Source: Candidatus Bathyarchaeota archaeon (GTDB taxonomy: Archaea; Thermoproteota; Bathyarchaeia; Bathyarchaeales; Bathycorpusculaceae). From it: 64,000 nt of DNA. Below the pieces are notes generated by a model. The model was not told the origin of the DNA. It saw only the letters and a list, made by a program, of their open reading frames with translations, and did not search any database. Shown here in pieces: positions 20,561 through 30,877 of the stretch (position 1 is its first letter; each line of letters starts with the position of its first letter). The DNA lies in contig CAWHVC010000003.1 in NCBI GenBank assembly GCA_963832745.1, positions 704,001-768,000 of the forward strand, written 5' to 3'. Both the position numbers and the translations under genes were made by a program.

Positions 20561-21595
20561 GTGCCTACAACCGCAATTGATGGCTTCTTTGCCTGTACCC
20601 TCCTTGTCACGGTAACTCTCATAGTGATTGCTTCATTTGCAGGGGTAATGCAGACAAACCTTGAAGTCCTACAAGGAGTAAACGACCAGAATTACCTCAA
20701 AACAACCGCTGAACGTTTGGTTTGTAGTGTAGGTTCTCCTGTGAATTGGGGCTCAACTAGTGTGGTACCTGATAGTTTTGGTTTAGCCAAACAAGGTGGA
20801 ATCGCTTACGAGTTAGATATCGACAAAGTTTGCAGGTTAAACAGTCAATGCAGCAGTACATTGTTGTTAGACGATGCTTCAAAAGCCGCAAGGCTCTACG
20901 ATTTAGCCTTTGGAATAACCATCACTCAGATGCTTACAATAAATATTAAGCCAATAGGCAACACAACAACTGAAAACGTAACAACCTATAACTTCCAAGT
21001 TTTCACAGCAGCAAACCTTGAACCCACACCCGCAAACCTGCAATGCTACATTATTCAAACAAACCAGGTGAGTAGCGTTTCAACCTCAACTTCAAGCAGT
21101 GGCATAGGCGCCTTTAGTTTTGAGTTGCCCGACTCAGAATCGGGACCAGTTCTACTTGCAGTATTTGCCAAAGCAAACATTGACGAACGTTTAACCGCTT
21201 ATCAAACCTACAGTTTTTCCCACATTTCAGGTGAAGAGGCAAACCAGCAGGTTCTATCTCTAAGTCCTCTAAATAACCAATTAACCATTAACATAAACCA
21301 GCCAGAAACAACCATAAACAAAGTCTACGCCTTCTCCTTTAGTTATCAATCACAACTTACCCAAAACTCTAACGGCACTTACATAATACCAAAATACCTA
21401 GACAAAAGTCCAATAATGCTTGTTGCAGCAGGCCAAAGTCAAAGCGTTGGCTTCCTGGAATTTACTAGTTATCCAACTGTGCCTTTGACTTTCGGTTCAA
21501 ACTTTGCCAATACGGATCAGAACGCATTCATTTACACTGTAACAATTAATGATGTTCTTTACAAGTTAACCATAACTCTTGGAGGTATCACATGA
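20561..21595 (+). CDS. Pilus accessory/minor pilin-like protein
   Basis: N-terminal hydrophobic helix, GSPVNWG motif, beta-rich body; operon position. Confidence 0.6.
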   Translation: MPTTAIDGFFACTLLVTVTLIVIASFAGVMQTNLEVLQGVNDQNYLKTTAERLVCSVGSPVNWGSTSVVPDSFGLAKQGGIAYELDIDKVCRLNSQCSSTLLLDDASKAARLYDLAFGITITQMLTINIKPIGNTTTENVTTYNFQVFTAANLEPTPANLQCYIIQTNQVSSVSTSTSSSGIGAFSFELPDSESGPVLLAVFAKANIDERLTAYQTYSFSHISGEEANQQVLSLSPLNNQLTININQPETTINKVYAFSFSYQSQLTQNSNGTYIIPKYLDKSPIMLVAAGQSQSVGFLEFTSYPTVPLTFGSNFANTDQNAFIYTVTINDVLYKLTITLGGIT

Positions 21596-22020
21596 TTAGG
21601 CTGCTTAAAGATAAACGTGGGCAAGTTCGAATAATTGAAGCTTTTTTTGCCGCGATATTGCTGCTTTCCATTTTTGCGATGATTCCTAAACCGCAAAGCA
21701 GTCAAAACGACATAGCTCCCTCCTTAACATCGATAACTCAAAATGCCCTGCTAAGCTTAGACCAAGATGGGCAAATAGGTAACTTAATTAAAAATCAAAA
21801 CTGGAATGAACTAAAAATGCTTATCCAGACAAGCTTGCCTGCTGGTGCATGGTTTAACCTGACTGTTTACGACAAAAACATGAAGGTTCTTAATGATGTG
21901 CCGATCTGTAATGGCAGCCCCGTAAGTGACAGCATAGTTGCCGCAGACTACCCTTGTGCATGTGTCAGTGGAGATTTTTCAGTTTATCTTGTTAGACTTC
22001 AAGTGGCGGTGGCAGATTAA
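21592..22020 (+). CDS. Minor pilin
   Basis: KRG|QVRIIEAFFA class III signal peptide; ATGA overlap with the upstream gene. Confidence 0.75.
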   Translation: MIRLLKDKRGQVRIIEAFFAAILLLSIFAMIPKPQSSQNDIAPSLTSITQNALLSLDQDGQIGNLIKNQNWNELKMLIQTSLPAGAWFNLTVYDKNMKVLNDVPICNGSPVSDSIVAADYPCACVSGDFSVYLVRLQVAVAD

Positions 22021-22022
22021 AT

Positions 22023-22790
22023 ATGACAAAAAGAAGCCGGGCCAATCAGGGGCAAGTGCTTATTGTCGCCGCCTTAGTAATCGCTATTATGCTGTTATCC
22101 ACAGCGCTTTACATTGCAGACACCCAGAAAACACAGTTGAAAGCTCAAACAGAAACAGGCTTAAGTCTGCCTTTTTACAAGCAGGGTATACAGCACACAA
22201 TGATCAGTGCGCTTGCAAACATTTCAAACGGTGGGAACATTGAAATTCTGCAAAGCGACATAAACAGTTTCAACACTTTTGTTAGCGAGCAATCATTTGG
22301 GGCATTCTTCACTTCTACAGTAACATTGCAGGATTCCGGGGCTTACAATAATGGTGTCTGGTTATCTCAAAACTCAAGTGGCACCTCAATCGTAAGCGCA
22401 TATGCAGACTTAACCGTGGATTCTTCGGGAACTAAAGAGAAAATCCAATCAGCCTTCACGGTAAATGTAACTTCAATGATTCAAACCCAAGGCGTCTACA
22501 GCCAAGGTAACAGTTCAAAACAGGTACAGTTAACCTGCAAAGTCTTCAATGAGGGGCAACCTGCGTTGGCAAGAAACTTTAGCGTCAGAATCGAAAACGA
22601 CGGTTCTCTTGAGTCAGAAAACTGGACAACTATTGAAACACCATTCATCACTGATTATGGAGATGGAACATACGCAATCGCCTTTAACGCCATAACCGAT
22701 CAACCTGAAAATCCATTGTTGATATGGTTAAGTTGTCAGGACCAACGAGAGATAACACTGCAAACCATAGTCGAACCAGTGATGCAATAG
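22023..22790 (+). CDS. Minor pilin
   Basis: NQG|QVLIVAALVIA class III-like signal after a basic N-terminus. Confidence 0.7.
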   Translation: MTKRSRANQGQVLIVAALVIAIMLLSTALYIADTQKTQLKAQTETGLSLPFYKQGIQHTMISALANISNGGNIEILQSDINSFNTFVSEQSFGAFFTSTVTLQDSGAYNNGVWLSQNSSGTSIVSAYADLTVDSSGTKEKIQSAFTVNVTSMIQTQGVYSQGNSSKQVQLTCKVFNEGQPALARNFSVRIENDGSLESENWTTIETPFITDYGDGTYAIAFNAITDQPENPLLIWLSCQDQREITLQTIVEPVMQ

Positions 22791-23163
22791 TTTTTCTTGA
22801 AAAGTGCATTGAAAGGTAATTTCAAATCACTATTTTCAGCCTTAATTGTCATTTCATAAGTGCTAAATTAAATGTCAACCAAAAAATAATGTGGGATGAG
22901 TAATGGAGAACAAACCAAACATTCCATGTGCATTATGTAACCTTTGGGATTCAAACAAAAAATCCTTCTCATGCAACCCAAACAAGTGCCTACGGCTATC
23001 AGGCTGGCTGGAAAAACACGCTTCCCTAAAAAGTAACGAGCAAAGCCTACAATACATCGTATAAAGCAGTGTTGTCTCTCCAGTTTTTTACACAACGATA
23101 AATATCCAACCAACCAACTGATTAGTAATCTAAAGCCAACCAAAACTGCAGAAGAGACCAAAA

Positions 23164-24489
23164 ATGAAGTACCAAGCCCTAACAACCGCGTTAATCCTTG
23201 TCATACTTTTCTCCTTATGTTCCCTGCAAAACCCTGCAGGGGCAGCAGACGACAACGTTGCAATAGGCGGCAGTTTGGTTTGGGAGAAAACCTTCGGCGG
23301 CACCTCAGATGACCGAGCCTTTTACGCTTCGGCAACCGACGGCGGCGTGTTGGTTGTTGGCTCAACCCGTTCAATAATTGTAGACCAGACTGTAGCTTGG
23401 GTCTTAAAACTTGATGATGAAGGTAACCTGTTATGGAACAAAACTTACCCAGCAGGCAAAGGCAGCGAATTCCGTTACATCATTAATTTGCAAGATGGCT
23501 TCTTACTGGTTGGCAACATGTTTCCTGTAGCAGCTGACCCTAACGGTTTCGTAGTAAAAATCGATAGCCAGGGAAACACCCAATGGAACATCACATTAAG
23601 TTCAGAAAAGATTAGCCGAATATTTGGGGCAGCCAAAGCCGCGGACGGTTTTGTGTTTGCAGGTTTAACTCAAACTTCAGACAATGCCCTCACAAACGTT
23701 TGGCTCATAAAAATCAACGAAAACGGTAACATAATTTGGAATAAAACCTTCAACACCTCTAATGATGACGCTGCGCGTTCAATAGCTACACAAGACGGAT
23801 ACACTTTTTTCGTAGCAGGCTACACTGACGCTTTGGGAGATGGAAACTTTGACTTTCTCCTCCTTAAAGTAGACAGCAACGGCAATTTACTGGGAAACCA
23901 AACTTACGGCGGCGCTGAAAGCGACAAAGCATACGCCATAACTCCTGCCGTTGATGGATTCGTGGTTGCAGGTGATACCCGCTCGGAAGGAGCAGGCGAT
24001 AGTGACGCATTACTAATTAAAATTAACCAAGACCTTCAACAACAATGGAGCCGAACCTTTGGCGGCAGCGGTTTTGACAGCCCCACATACATCAAAGCCT
24101 TAACCGACGGCTCTGGGTTTGTAGTCTGCGGTGTAACCTTTTCTTTCGGTAATGGTCTACGCGATTTCTGGCTGTTTACCGTTGATAACTCAGGTAATCA
24201 ACTGGCAAGTTGTACGGTAGGCAGAAGCGGCTATGAGGAATCTTACGCTGCAGTTGAAGTTTCTTATGACAACTTTGTGGTTGCAGGCTGGGTAAGCCAA
24301 ACTGGTCAAGGCTTGCCTTACGATTTTTACGTTGTAAACGTTGAAGTAATAAATAGCGTTCAATGGTGGCAAACCAGCATCGGAGTTGCAGCGATCTTAA
24401 GCGTTTTAGCTGTTTTGGCGGCGGGTTTGCTATTGTTGAATTGGCGCTTTAGTCAAAAAAGGAAAGAGACAAAGATAAGTGGATGTTAG
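23164..24489 (+). CDS. Secreted repeat (beta-propeller-like) protein with C-terminal TM anchor
   Basis: Signal peptide; recurring W(N/E)KT(F/Y)GG..D.A and LLK(V/I)D..GN repeats. Confidence 0.75.
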   Translation: MKYQALTTALILVILFSLCSLQNPAGAADDNVAIGGSLVWEKTFGGTSDDRAFYASATDGGVLVVGSTRSIIVDQTVAWVLKLDDEGNLLWNKTYPAGKGSEFRYIINLQDGFLLVGNMFPVAADPNGFVVKIDSQGNTQWNITLSSEKISRIFGAAKAADGFVFAGLTQTSDNALTNVWLIKINENGNIIWNKTFNTSNDDAARSIATQDGYTFFVAGYTDALGDGNFDFLLLKVDSNGNLLGNQTYGGAESDKAYAITPAVDGFVVAGDTRSEGAGDSDALLIKINQDLQQQWSRTFGGSGFDSPTYIKALTDGSGFVVCGVTFSFGNGLRDFWLFTVDNSGNQLASCTVGRSGYEESYAAVEVSYDNFVVAGWVSQTGQGLPYDFYVVNVEVINSVQWWQTSIGVAAILSVLAVLAAGLLLLNWRFSQKRKETKISGC

Positions 24490-24535
24490 ACAGGTAGTGT
24501 TTGCTTGGTTTTACTTTAACCTGTGTCTTCATTGC

Positions 24536-25436
24536 TTATTGGCTTCCTGTTTCTTGCAGTTTTGAAAACAGCATCTGCAGTGTCCAAACGAAAGCGTTGT
24601 AGTTGGTCCAAATCGCGCTGGTTTTGTCTTTCTTTTTGTCGCCTGTCTCCGTTGACGTGTCGCTTTCGTGGAAGGCAATAAGTAGTTCGCGTCTGTCTGA
24701 AATCATGAAGCATGGCAAGTTTTCGGTGTGTACTGTTTGACATTTTTGTGCTGGCCACTCCATTTGTTCGATGAAGAAGGCTGCTTTTGCTGAATCCTCA
24801 GTTAGTAGGTTAATGTTTATGGTGCCAAGTTTTTCTCGCAGTGCCTCGGTGAAGTCACTGTAGTAGAGTTGTGACAGATAATCGTCGGGTACGAAGATTT
24901 GGAATTCACTGTTTGTTTTTTCAAGTAATTCTTCGGCTTTGAGTATTACTTGTTGTTCGCCTTGGAGCATTTGGAAGAGTTCTTTTTTGATGGCTTCTGC
25001 CTTGTGTTGGGGTAGTGACATCCACATTTCGACTAGGCTTTCTTTTTCTTTTTCAAGTTGGCGTATCTTCATTTTTTGTGCGTCAACTAGAGAGGTCGAT
25101 TGCTTTGTCTAATGGTACAGCGGTGAATTTGAGTGGCTTCTCGAAAACGGAGAAGAGTATACCTTTCTTTTCTAGGTCGCGTAGGATGCGGTATGTTTCT
25201 GTGCGGTGTAGCGCGATTGCTTCAGCTATTTCGCCGGCTTTCTTTTCGCCTGCTCTTGCTAGGTAGAGGTAAACTTTGATTTCGTTTTTTAGCAGTCCGA
25301 ACCTTGCGAGTGTTTCCTCGATGGTTGAAATCTGCTTTGTGAAGCCTTTGTCTCGTTTGACGAGTTTTAACGTATCATCTTCGTTGTGGATTTTTACTAT
25401 TGTTGGTGTTTTTTCGAATGCTAATTCCATGTTCAT
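24536..25436 (-). CDS. TrmB-family transcriptional regulator (frameshift near 25090)
   Basis: FGLLKNEIKVYLYL...HRTETYRILRDLEKKG wHTH; C-terminal FMISDRRELL and SAIWTN effector-like domain. Confidence 0.85.
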
Positions 25437-25591
25437 CTTCCACTTCTAAATCCGAATATGCTACTGATGTTGATTCTTTATATATAATATAATTACGACC
25501 TAACAATCTGAATCCAGAATTCATATTGACAAAACAAGCTTCCAAACAACCCAAAAACAGAACAAAAACTCGAAAAACCTAAAAAAGAGAG

Positions 25592-27304
25592 TTAGGTTTC
25601 AATGGCCTTCTCAGAAGCTGCAATGTAAACGTTAGCAAACCGGCTAACCAAATCCTTCTGAGTATAAACCGAAGTGTTAAGCCGGAAAAAGTTACCCATA
25701 CGGTCAGTCTGAACGCCAATCCCGATCACGATAACGTTTTTTCTTAGCAAATCATCCACGCCTTCCTTGAGTGCAATGGGCATGTTTGCGTAACCGTAAG
25801 GCCAACCGTCCGAAATAACAATTAACACCCGCTGCTCCTCGAAGCGTTTGGCGAGCATTTTGCCTGCCATAAGTACGGCGTCAGGCATGTAGGTTAAGCC
25901 TTCAAACTTTAAGCCCCCAATTCGGGAACGAATCGTTTTAGAGTAAGATTCGTTGCTGTCTTTTAAGACATGTAGGCGATCATTGAAACCAAAAAAGCTC
26001 CAGGATGTCGGGTCGGTCATTAACTCTTTAGCTACTTCACCAACACTAATGGCCAACGCGCGTCCATATTCCCCTCTTACTTTCATGCTGGCGCTCGCAT
26101 CAAAAACAATCGACCAAGCGAAACTTTGCTTTAAATATTCATCTAGATTGAAAACGTCTGTTGCAGGTTTGCCGCAGGCCATAGCCTGTATAACTGCGCT
26201 CAAGTCCAGTTGTCCCATTTCTTGTCTTGGGTCCTCGTCCAAAAGGTCCAAGGCGCTTCGTAAAGCATCCATTAAGCGGCGGCTTGTTCCCTGCATTAAG
26301 TTTCTTGCCCTAAGATACTGAGTATAGTCCTCATCTGGAAAAGAAATTCCCTTAAAACGTGTCCAACCCAAATATGGCGAGAGTCTTTGAAGTATTTTTT
26401 GCTGGCGTTCTTTTCCGTATCTATCTGCGTCGAAAGCTTGTAATGCTTCATTTTCTTGTTCAGGACGCCACAACTGTTCCATGTTGTCGATGGCTGGGAC
26501 TGTTCCACCTAAGGCTTCAAGTGCAAAAATGAATGTACTTTCAAAATCAAAGTTTTCTTCAGGCACACTATAGATGCTGCAGTTGCCTGTGCTTTCGGTG
26601 TTTGGAAGTGATGGCGCCTCCAAGAAGGGCCCATAAGGTTCAAGAACGCTGCTCATAATCTTGATTTTTTCGTTAACAATCTTTCCCAAGTCAAGCTGGT
26701 CGCCCATAAATGTGGATAAGAAAGTCTCTTTAAGAGTTGAAAGTTCCCCCAATATGGTGTTTACTGTTTGGTCGTCTTCTGGGCTCAAGTTTCCTTTGAT
26801 TGCGCCGAGGTTAATTTTTGTCAAAAGTGCAGTCATGACTCTTGTCGAAGGTGAAAAAATGTGGTTGACTGGTTTAATTCTTTGATAGAAACATGTGTTG
26901 GCAAATGCAATGTCAACAAAACGGTCTGGATACCATGCTTGCAGGTAAGCGTTTGTGTAAGTGTCACGTGCAAGAGCTTTACAGTAAGCCTGAAGTGGCG
27001 TGTCTGAATTGTTGTGGTACATTATCTCGTTAGGCAGCATTGTTAGGGTGTGAGTGGTTAAATGCAGAACTGAAGCGCGGAATAATCGTCCAACTCGGAT
27101 TTTGCCCTGGTGGTCAAAGGGAAAAACTTGGCCTAAGTAAGAAATTTGTTTGTTTGGAAGAAACTTAACTGAGGGAAGTTTAATGGTTATTCCGAATTCG
27201 TCGGGCTGAAAGGTTGGTTGCTCAATGTTTGGGTCTTGCAGCATTTTCACTTTGGTGTTATCTTTCTGAAATGAGATTGACCAAGCGTAATCAATAAAAC
27301 CCAT
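25592..27304 (-). CDS. vWA-domain protein (NorD/CbbO-like MoxR partner)
   Basis: MIDAS DASASM, LTYMPDA, VISDGWP, VIGIG; GQLDLSAVI pre-vWA motif. Confidence 0.85.
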   Translation of the reverse strand: MGFIDYAWSISFQKDNTKVKMLQDPNIEQPTFQPDEFGITIKLPSVKFLPNKQISYLGQVFPFDHQGKIRVGRLFRASVLHLTTHTLTMLPNEIMYHNNSDTPLQAYCKALARDTYTNAYLQAWYPDRFVDIAFANTCFYQRIKPVNHIFSPSTRVMTALLTKINLGAIKGNLSPEDDQTVNTILGELSTLKETFLSTFMGDQLDLGKIVNEKIKIMSSVLEPYGPFLEAPSLPNTESTGNCSIYSVPEENFDFESTFIFALEALGGTVPAIDNMEQLWRPEQENEALQAFDADRYGKERQQKILQRLSPYLGWTRFKGISFPDEDYTQYLRARNLMQGTSRRLMDALRSALDLLDEDPRQEMGQLDLSAVIQAMACGKPATDVFNLDEYLKQSFAWSIVFDASASMKVRGEYGRALAISVGEVAKELMTDPTSWSFFGFNDRLHVLKDSNESYSKTIRSRIGGLKFEGLTYMPDAVLMAGKMLAKRFEEQRVLIVISDGWPYGYANMPIALKEGVDDLLRKNVIVIGIGVQTDRMGNFFRLNTSVYTQKDLVSRFANVYIAASEKAIET

Positions 27305-27319
27305 ACTCGCCCACCGAGT

Positions 27320-28348
27320 TTATTGTTGCTCTGTGCCAAATACTCCTTCTAGGATTCTGCGCACATCTGCTTGAACTTCAGGGTTGTCGCTTGTTAAGCC
27401 AATAATGCTTTCTTCTGCAGCACTCATCGGGGTCATGCCGTCAAAACATAAAGTTCCCCAGTTAATCAAGTCACCAAGCGATGGACCATATGGTAGGTCG
27501 CCTGCTTTGTATTGGCGTCTAAGTTCGGCGCCGGCTTGAATAATTTTGTAGGCTGTATCTTTGCTTATTTTGGTTCTTTTCTGTAGCATGTCGACTTCGT
27601 GTGGCGAGATTTTTTCACCTACGCTGAGAAAGTCAAAGTTGATCCACACTGCCATACGTCGACGCATGGCTGCGTTAAGTGGTTTGGTGCCGCTGAATTC
27701 GGCGGTTGCAGGGTTCATGCTAATAATCATGTAACCGTACTTGTGACGTTCGATTACTTCGCTGTCTTTTTCGTTAAGGACAAGGTGTCCTCTGGTGTCT
27801 AGCACAGGGTTGAGTCTTGTGGCAACGTCCTGTTTCATCATGTTTGCTTCGTCGAGATACATGATGCCGCCTTTCCGGAGCCACTGTGTTAAAAGGCCGT
27901 CGACCCAGTTTTCTTTGCCTAAACCGATGAATCTGCCAATCAAGTCGAAGCTGCTGGTGCTTAAACCGCAGTTGACTTCCCAAATGGGTAAGCCTGTTAG
28001 TTCGGCTACTAGGTAGACTATGTGGGTTTTTCCTGTTCCTGATGGACCGATTAAGCTGCATTGTTTGAAATAGTATAGTGCCCTGACGATGCGTTCTACA
28101 TAGTTTAAGCCGTGGTCTAGGTATTCGGGTGTGCCTTTGGGTATCATGCTGTCAAGGTGTTGGAAGCTGTAGTTTGGGTGTAAGTCAAACCTTTGAATGT
28201 TATACTTGTAGTACAATGGTGACGTTGACATTGGACGCTCTTTTTCAAAATTGACCATTACTTTGGCTCTGTCGGCCCGTAATGAGGATACTTCTGTGAT
28301 TCTGCTCGGGTCTGCTTTTTCTCTTAACCCCTGATGTCCATAAACCAT
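27320..28348 (-). CDS. MoxR-type AAA+ ATPase (CbbQ/NirQ/NorQ/GvpN-like)
   Basis: GPSGTGKT, WVDGLL, YLDEAN, SMNP, LNAAMRRR; probable ATG start at 28348 with GGTGA RBS. Confidence 0.88.
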   Translation of the reverse strand: MVYGHQGLREKADPSRITEVSSLRADRAKVMVNFEKERPMSTSPLYYKYNIQRFDLHPNYSFQHLDSMIPKGTPEYLDHGLNYVERIVRALYYFKQCSLIGPSGTGKTHIVYLVAELTGLPIWEVNCGLSTSSFDLIGRFIGLGKENWVDGLLTQWLRKGGIMYLDEANMMKQDVATRLNPVLDTRGHLVLNEKDSEVIERHKYGYMIISMNPATAEFSGTKPLNAAMRRRMAVWINFDFLSVGEKISPHEVDMLQKRTKISKDTAYKIIQAGAELRRQYKAGDLPYGPSLGDLINWGTLCFDGMTPMSAAEESIIGLTSDNPEVQADVRRILEGVFGTEQQ

Positions 28349-28513
28349 TCTGGCGTCACCTCTATGTGTTAAGTGAGAGGCTTCAGCACAACTTATAAGT
28401 ATTATGTAGTATGACTGCAGATACTGGATAACCGTCGAAAATGCGTCTGTAACAAGTGAAACATACAAGCATTTTTCCCCAAACAAACCCATTTAAAAGC
28501 TGCTGAATCCGAA

Positions 28514-28975
28514 TTGACACAAAAAACTCCAGAACAAGAACTTGCCGATTCATTACGAGCCGTGGCAGATGACGTAGGTCAAATAAGCGAGCTTACTTCA
28601 GAAGAAAAAATGCTCGTATCCGAATTCTTTAAAGCCTTTCTGAAATTCATGACTCCACTCTCTCCAGGAATCAGCATATCCAAAACAGCCCTTCCACCTG
28701 AATTCGGCAACGTTGTTAGCGCACACATAGATCCTACAGGTCATTTGGCGTTGGCCTATGAGGATGGTCATTTGGAGTTGAAGGATTTGAGTGATGAGCG
28801 GCACCGTGACCTTCTTGTTGCAGTTGTTCGGGATGCGATTCCAAAATTTAAGCAGTTGACTAACACGCAGAAACGCAAGGTGGAGAACCGGATTAAGTTT
28901 CTTTCTGCTATTACTAAGGATATGCAGAAGATTTCTGGTGCGATTTCGTCAGCTAATTTGTCTGGTCAGCAGTGA
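28514..28975 (+). CDS. Hypothetical coiled-coil protein preceding the che cluster
   Basis: 153-aa ORF, divergent from the MoxR gene. Confidence 0.7.
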   Translation: MTQKTPEQELADSLRAVADDVGQISELTSEEKMLVSEFFKAFLKFMTPLSPGISISKTALPPEFGNVVSAHIDPTGHLALAYEDGHLELKDLSDERHRDLLVAVVRDAIPKFKQLTNTQKRKVENRIKFLSAITKDMQKISGAISSANLSGQQ

Positions 28976-29110
28976 TTTTTGGGTTTATTTTTTGGATTCT
29001 TAGTTTGGTTAGGGTTTTTAACTGCATTACTTATATCTTAAGTATTGCTACACAATACTTTTATATTCTGAAACCAAACTAAAAGAACAATCAAAAGTGA
29101 GGCAAAAAAC

Positions 29111-29479
29111 ATGGGAACAGTAATGGTAGTAGACGACGCATCATTCATGCGAGCCGTACTCAAAAAAATCATTCTGCAATCAGGACACGAAGTAATTGCA
29201 GAAGCAGCCAACGGCGACGATGCAATCACACAATTTCAAAACTCAAAACCAGACTTAGTGCTAATGGACATTGTAATGCCTCCGGGAACAAAAGCCAAAG
29301 ATGGCATAGAAGCACTGAAACAAATAGTAACAACAGACCCGGCAGCAAAAATAGTCATGTGTAGTTCAATGGGTCAACAAGCATTAATAGCTGAAGCTCT
29401 CAAAGCAGGCGCAAAAGACTTCGTTGTTAAACCATTCCAACCTCAGAAAGTAATGGAAGTATTATCCAAATACTGCTGA
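29111..29479 (+). CDS. cheY: Chemotaxis response regulator CheY
   Basis: VDDASFMR, MDIVMP, CSSMGQQ, VKPF. Confidence 0.95.
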   Translation: MGTVMVVDDASFMRAVLKKIILQSGHEVIAEAANGDDAITQFQNSKPDLVLMDIVMPPGTKAKDGIEALKQIVTTDPAAKIVMCSSMGQQALIAEALKAGAKDFVVKPFQPQKVMEVLSKYC

Positions 29480-29645
29480 GGCAAAGCCTTTGCAAACCAG
29501 CGCCTTTGGTCCCAATACATGCTCGATAACGGCTGGTCCTTGGGACACAATAACGATTGATGGTCATCGAAGTAAAATCAACGCTTGCACGCAAATCAAA
29601 CCTGTAGCTTACACAACATACAAAACAACCGATGAGTCGTCGCAA

Positions 29646-30134
29646 ATGAGCCAAACGGTGGAAGAAGTTCGCGTGGACATGGCGGATATGAAAGCAGAAA
29701 ATAAGCCAGTTGAATTAGTCACGAGTGTTGGATCATGCATAGCAATATGCTTGTATGACTCCAAAAGCAAGTGTGGGGGGTTGGCTCATATTATGCTTCC
29801 AAACTCTGCTATCGCTCCACATGAGCTTCTTCCATCAAAATTTGCAGACACAGCGGTTCCAGCCTTAGCTAAACTGATCCATAAAATTGGTGGATCTCAA
29901 ATGACGCTTTCAGCAAAAATTGCTGGAGGCGCAAACATGTTCCCAACTTTGAAGAATAATGCGTTAAACATTGGGGCAAAAAACATTGACGCTGTTAAAG
30001 CAGCGTTAAGCCAGCATCATATACGATTAATCAGTGAGGATGTTGGCGGTCAGCATGGCCGCAGAATAACCTTCAATCTGGTAACAGGAATTGCAAAAGT
30101 TAGAAGATTCAACGGGGAGACAAGAGAAATATGA
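29646..30134 (+). CDS. cheD: Chemoreceptor glutamine deamidase CheD
   Basis: VGSCIAI, GLAHIMLP, KFADTA, KIAGGANMF, EDVGG; probable ATG start at 29646. Confidence 0.93.
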   Translation: MSQTVEEVRVDMADMKAENKPVELVTSVGSCIAICLYDSKSKCGGLAHIMLPNSAIAPHELLPSKFADTAVPALAKLIHKIGGSQMTLSAKIAGGANMFPTLKNNALNIGAKNIDAVKAALSQHHIRLISEDVGGQHGRRITFNLVTGIAKVRRFNGETREI

Positions 30135-30868
30135 GTGAAAAAATTGATAACTTAAAAATTGCGGATGATAACAAAGGCGTAATATCCTGTCAGGATGACG
30201 ATCCCGCTGATTTAGGAATCCTTCAAGAGGTCGGAAACATTGGAGCTGGGCACGCTGCCACCTCTCTATCCACGGTTCTCCAGCAGGATGTCTCTATAGA
30301 TTTACCAAGAATATGCAGCGTTCCAACACATTTGGTATCAAAATATTATAACATTGGAGATGCTCCAACAACAGCAGTTTTAATGCAGTTACAAAGAGAA
30401 TTCGAATGTGACATCCTCTTGATGTTCGATCTTGCTGAAGCTAAAAAGATTGCTGCATTGATGACTATGGCGCCGTCTGTTGAAGAGCTTGAAGAGTCAA
30501 TGGAGGAATCAGCAATTCAAGAGTTGGCAAACATTGTAATTGGGTCATTTTTGACTGCAATTTCAGACTTTACTGGCGTTCAACTTATACCGACACCGCC
30601 GTTAAGAGTTGTTGACTCGTTTAATTCGATACTTGATAACGTGATTGTGAAGCAGTCGCTTCTTTCCGAGAAAGCGCTGGTTTTCGATGCATGCTTCAAA
30701 CGTCAAGGAACAGACGCAAAATCAATCCTCATTATCTTCCCAAGTGCAGGACTAAAAGCGATACTCATAGAGAAATCCAAAGAAATGATGGGCATTGAAA
30801 TTACTCCTAACGTGGAAATCCAGCCTGCAAATCTGACCCTGCAGGAGCTTCAACAAAACACTCACTGA
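30131..30868 (+). CDS. cheC: CheY-P phosphatase CheC
   Basis: EVGNIGAG and SAIQELANI ExxN sites. Confidence 0.9.
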   Translation: MSEKIDNLKIADDNKGVISCQDDDPADLGILQEVGNIGAGHAATSLSTVLQQDVSIDLPRICSVPTHLVSKYYNIGDAPTTAVLMQLQREFECDILLMFDLAEAKKIAALMTMAPSVEELEESMEESAIQELANIVIGSFLTAISDFTGVQLIPTPPLRVVDSFNSILDNVIVKQSLLSEKALVFDACFKRQGTDAKSILIIFPSAGLKAILIEKSKEMMGIEITPNVEIQPANLTLQELQQNTH

Positions 30869-30877
30869 GGCAATAAC

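Noticed and set aside
22791-23163. Short antisense ORFs (22868-23185, 22875-23057)
   Set aside because: No motifs and atypical composition; treated as intergenic
27320-28348. Gas vesicle GvpN
   Set aside because: No gvpA or other gvp genes; it is paired with a vWA protein instead
29480-29645. N-terminal extension of CheD or a hidden ncRNA
   Set aside because: The extension shows no recognisable motif and no convincing structure; ATG at 29646 gives a normal-length CheD
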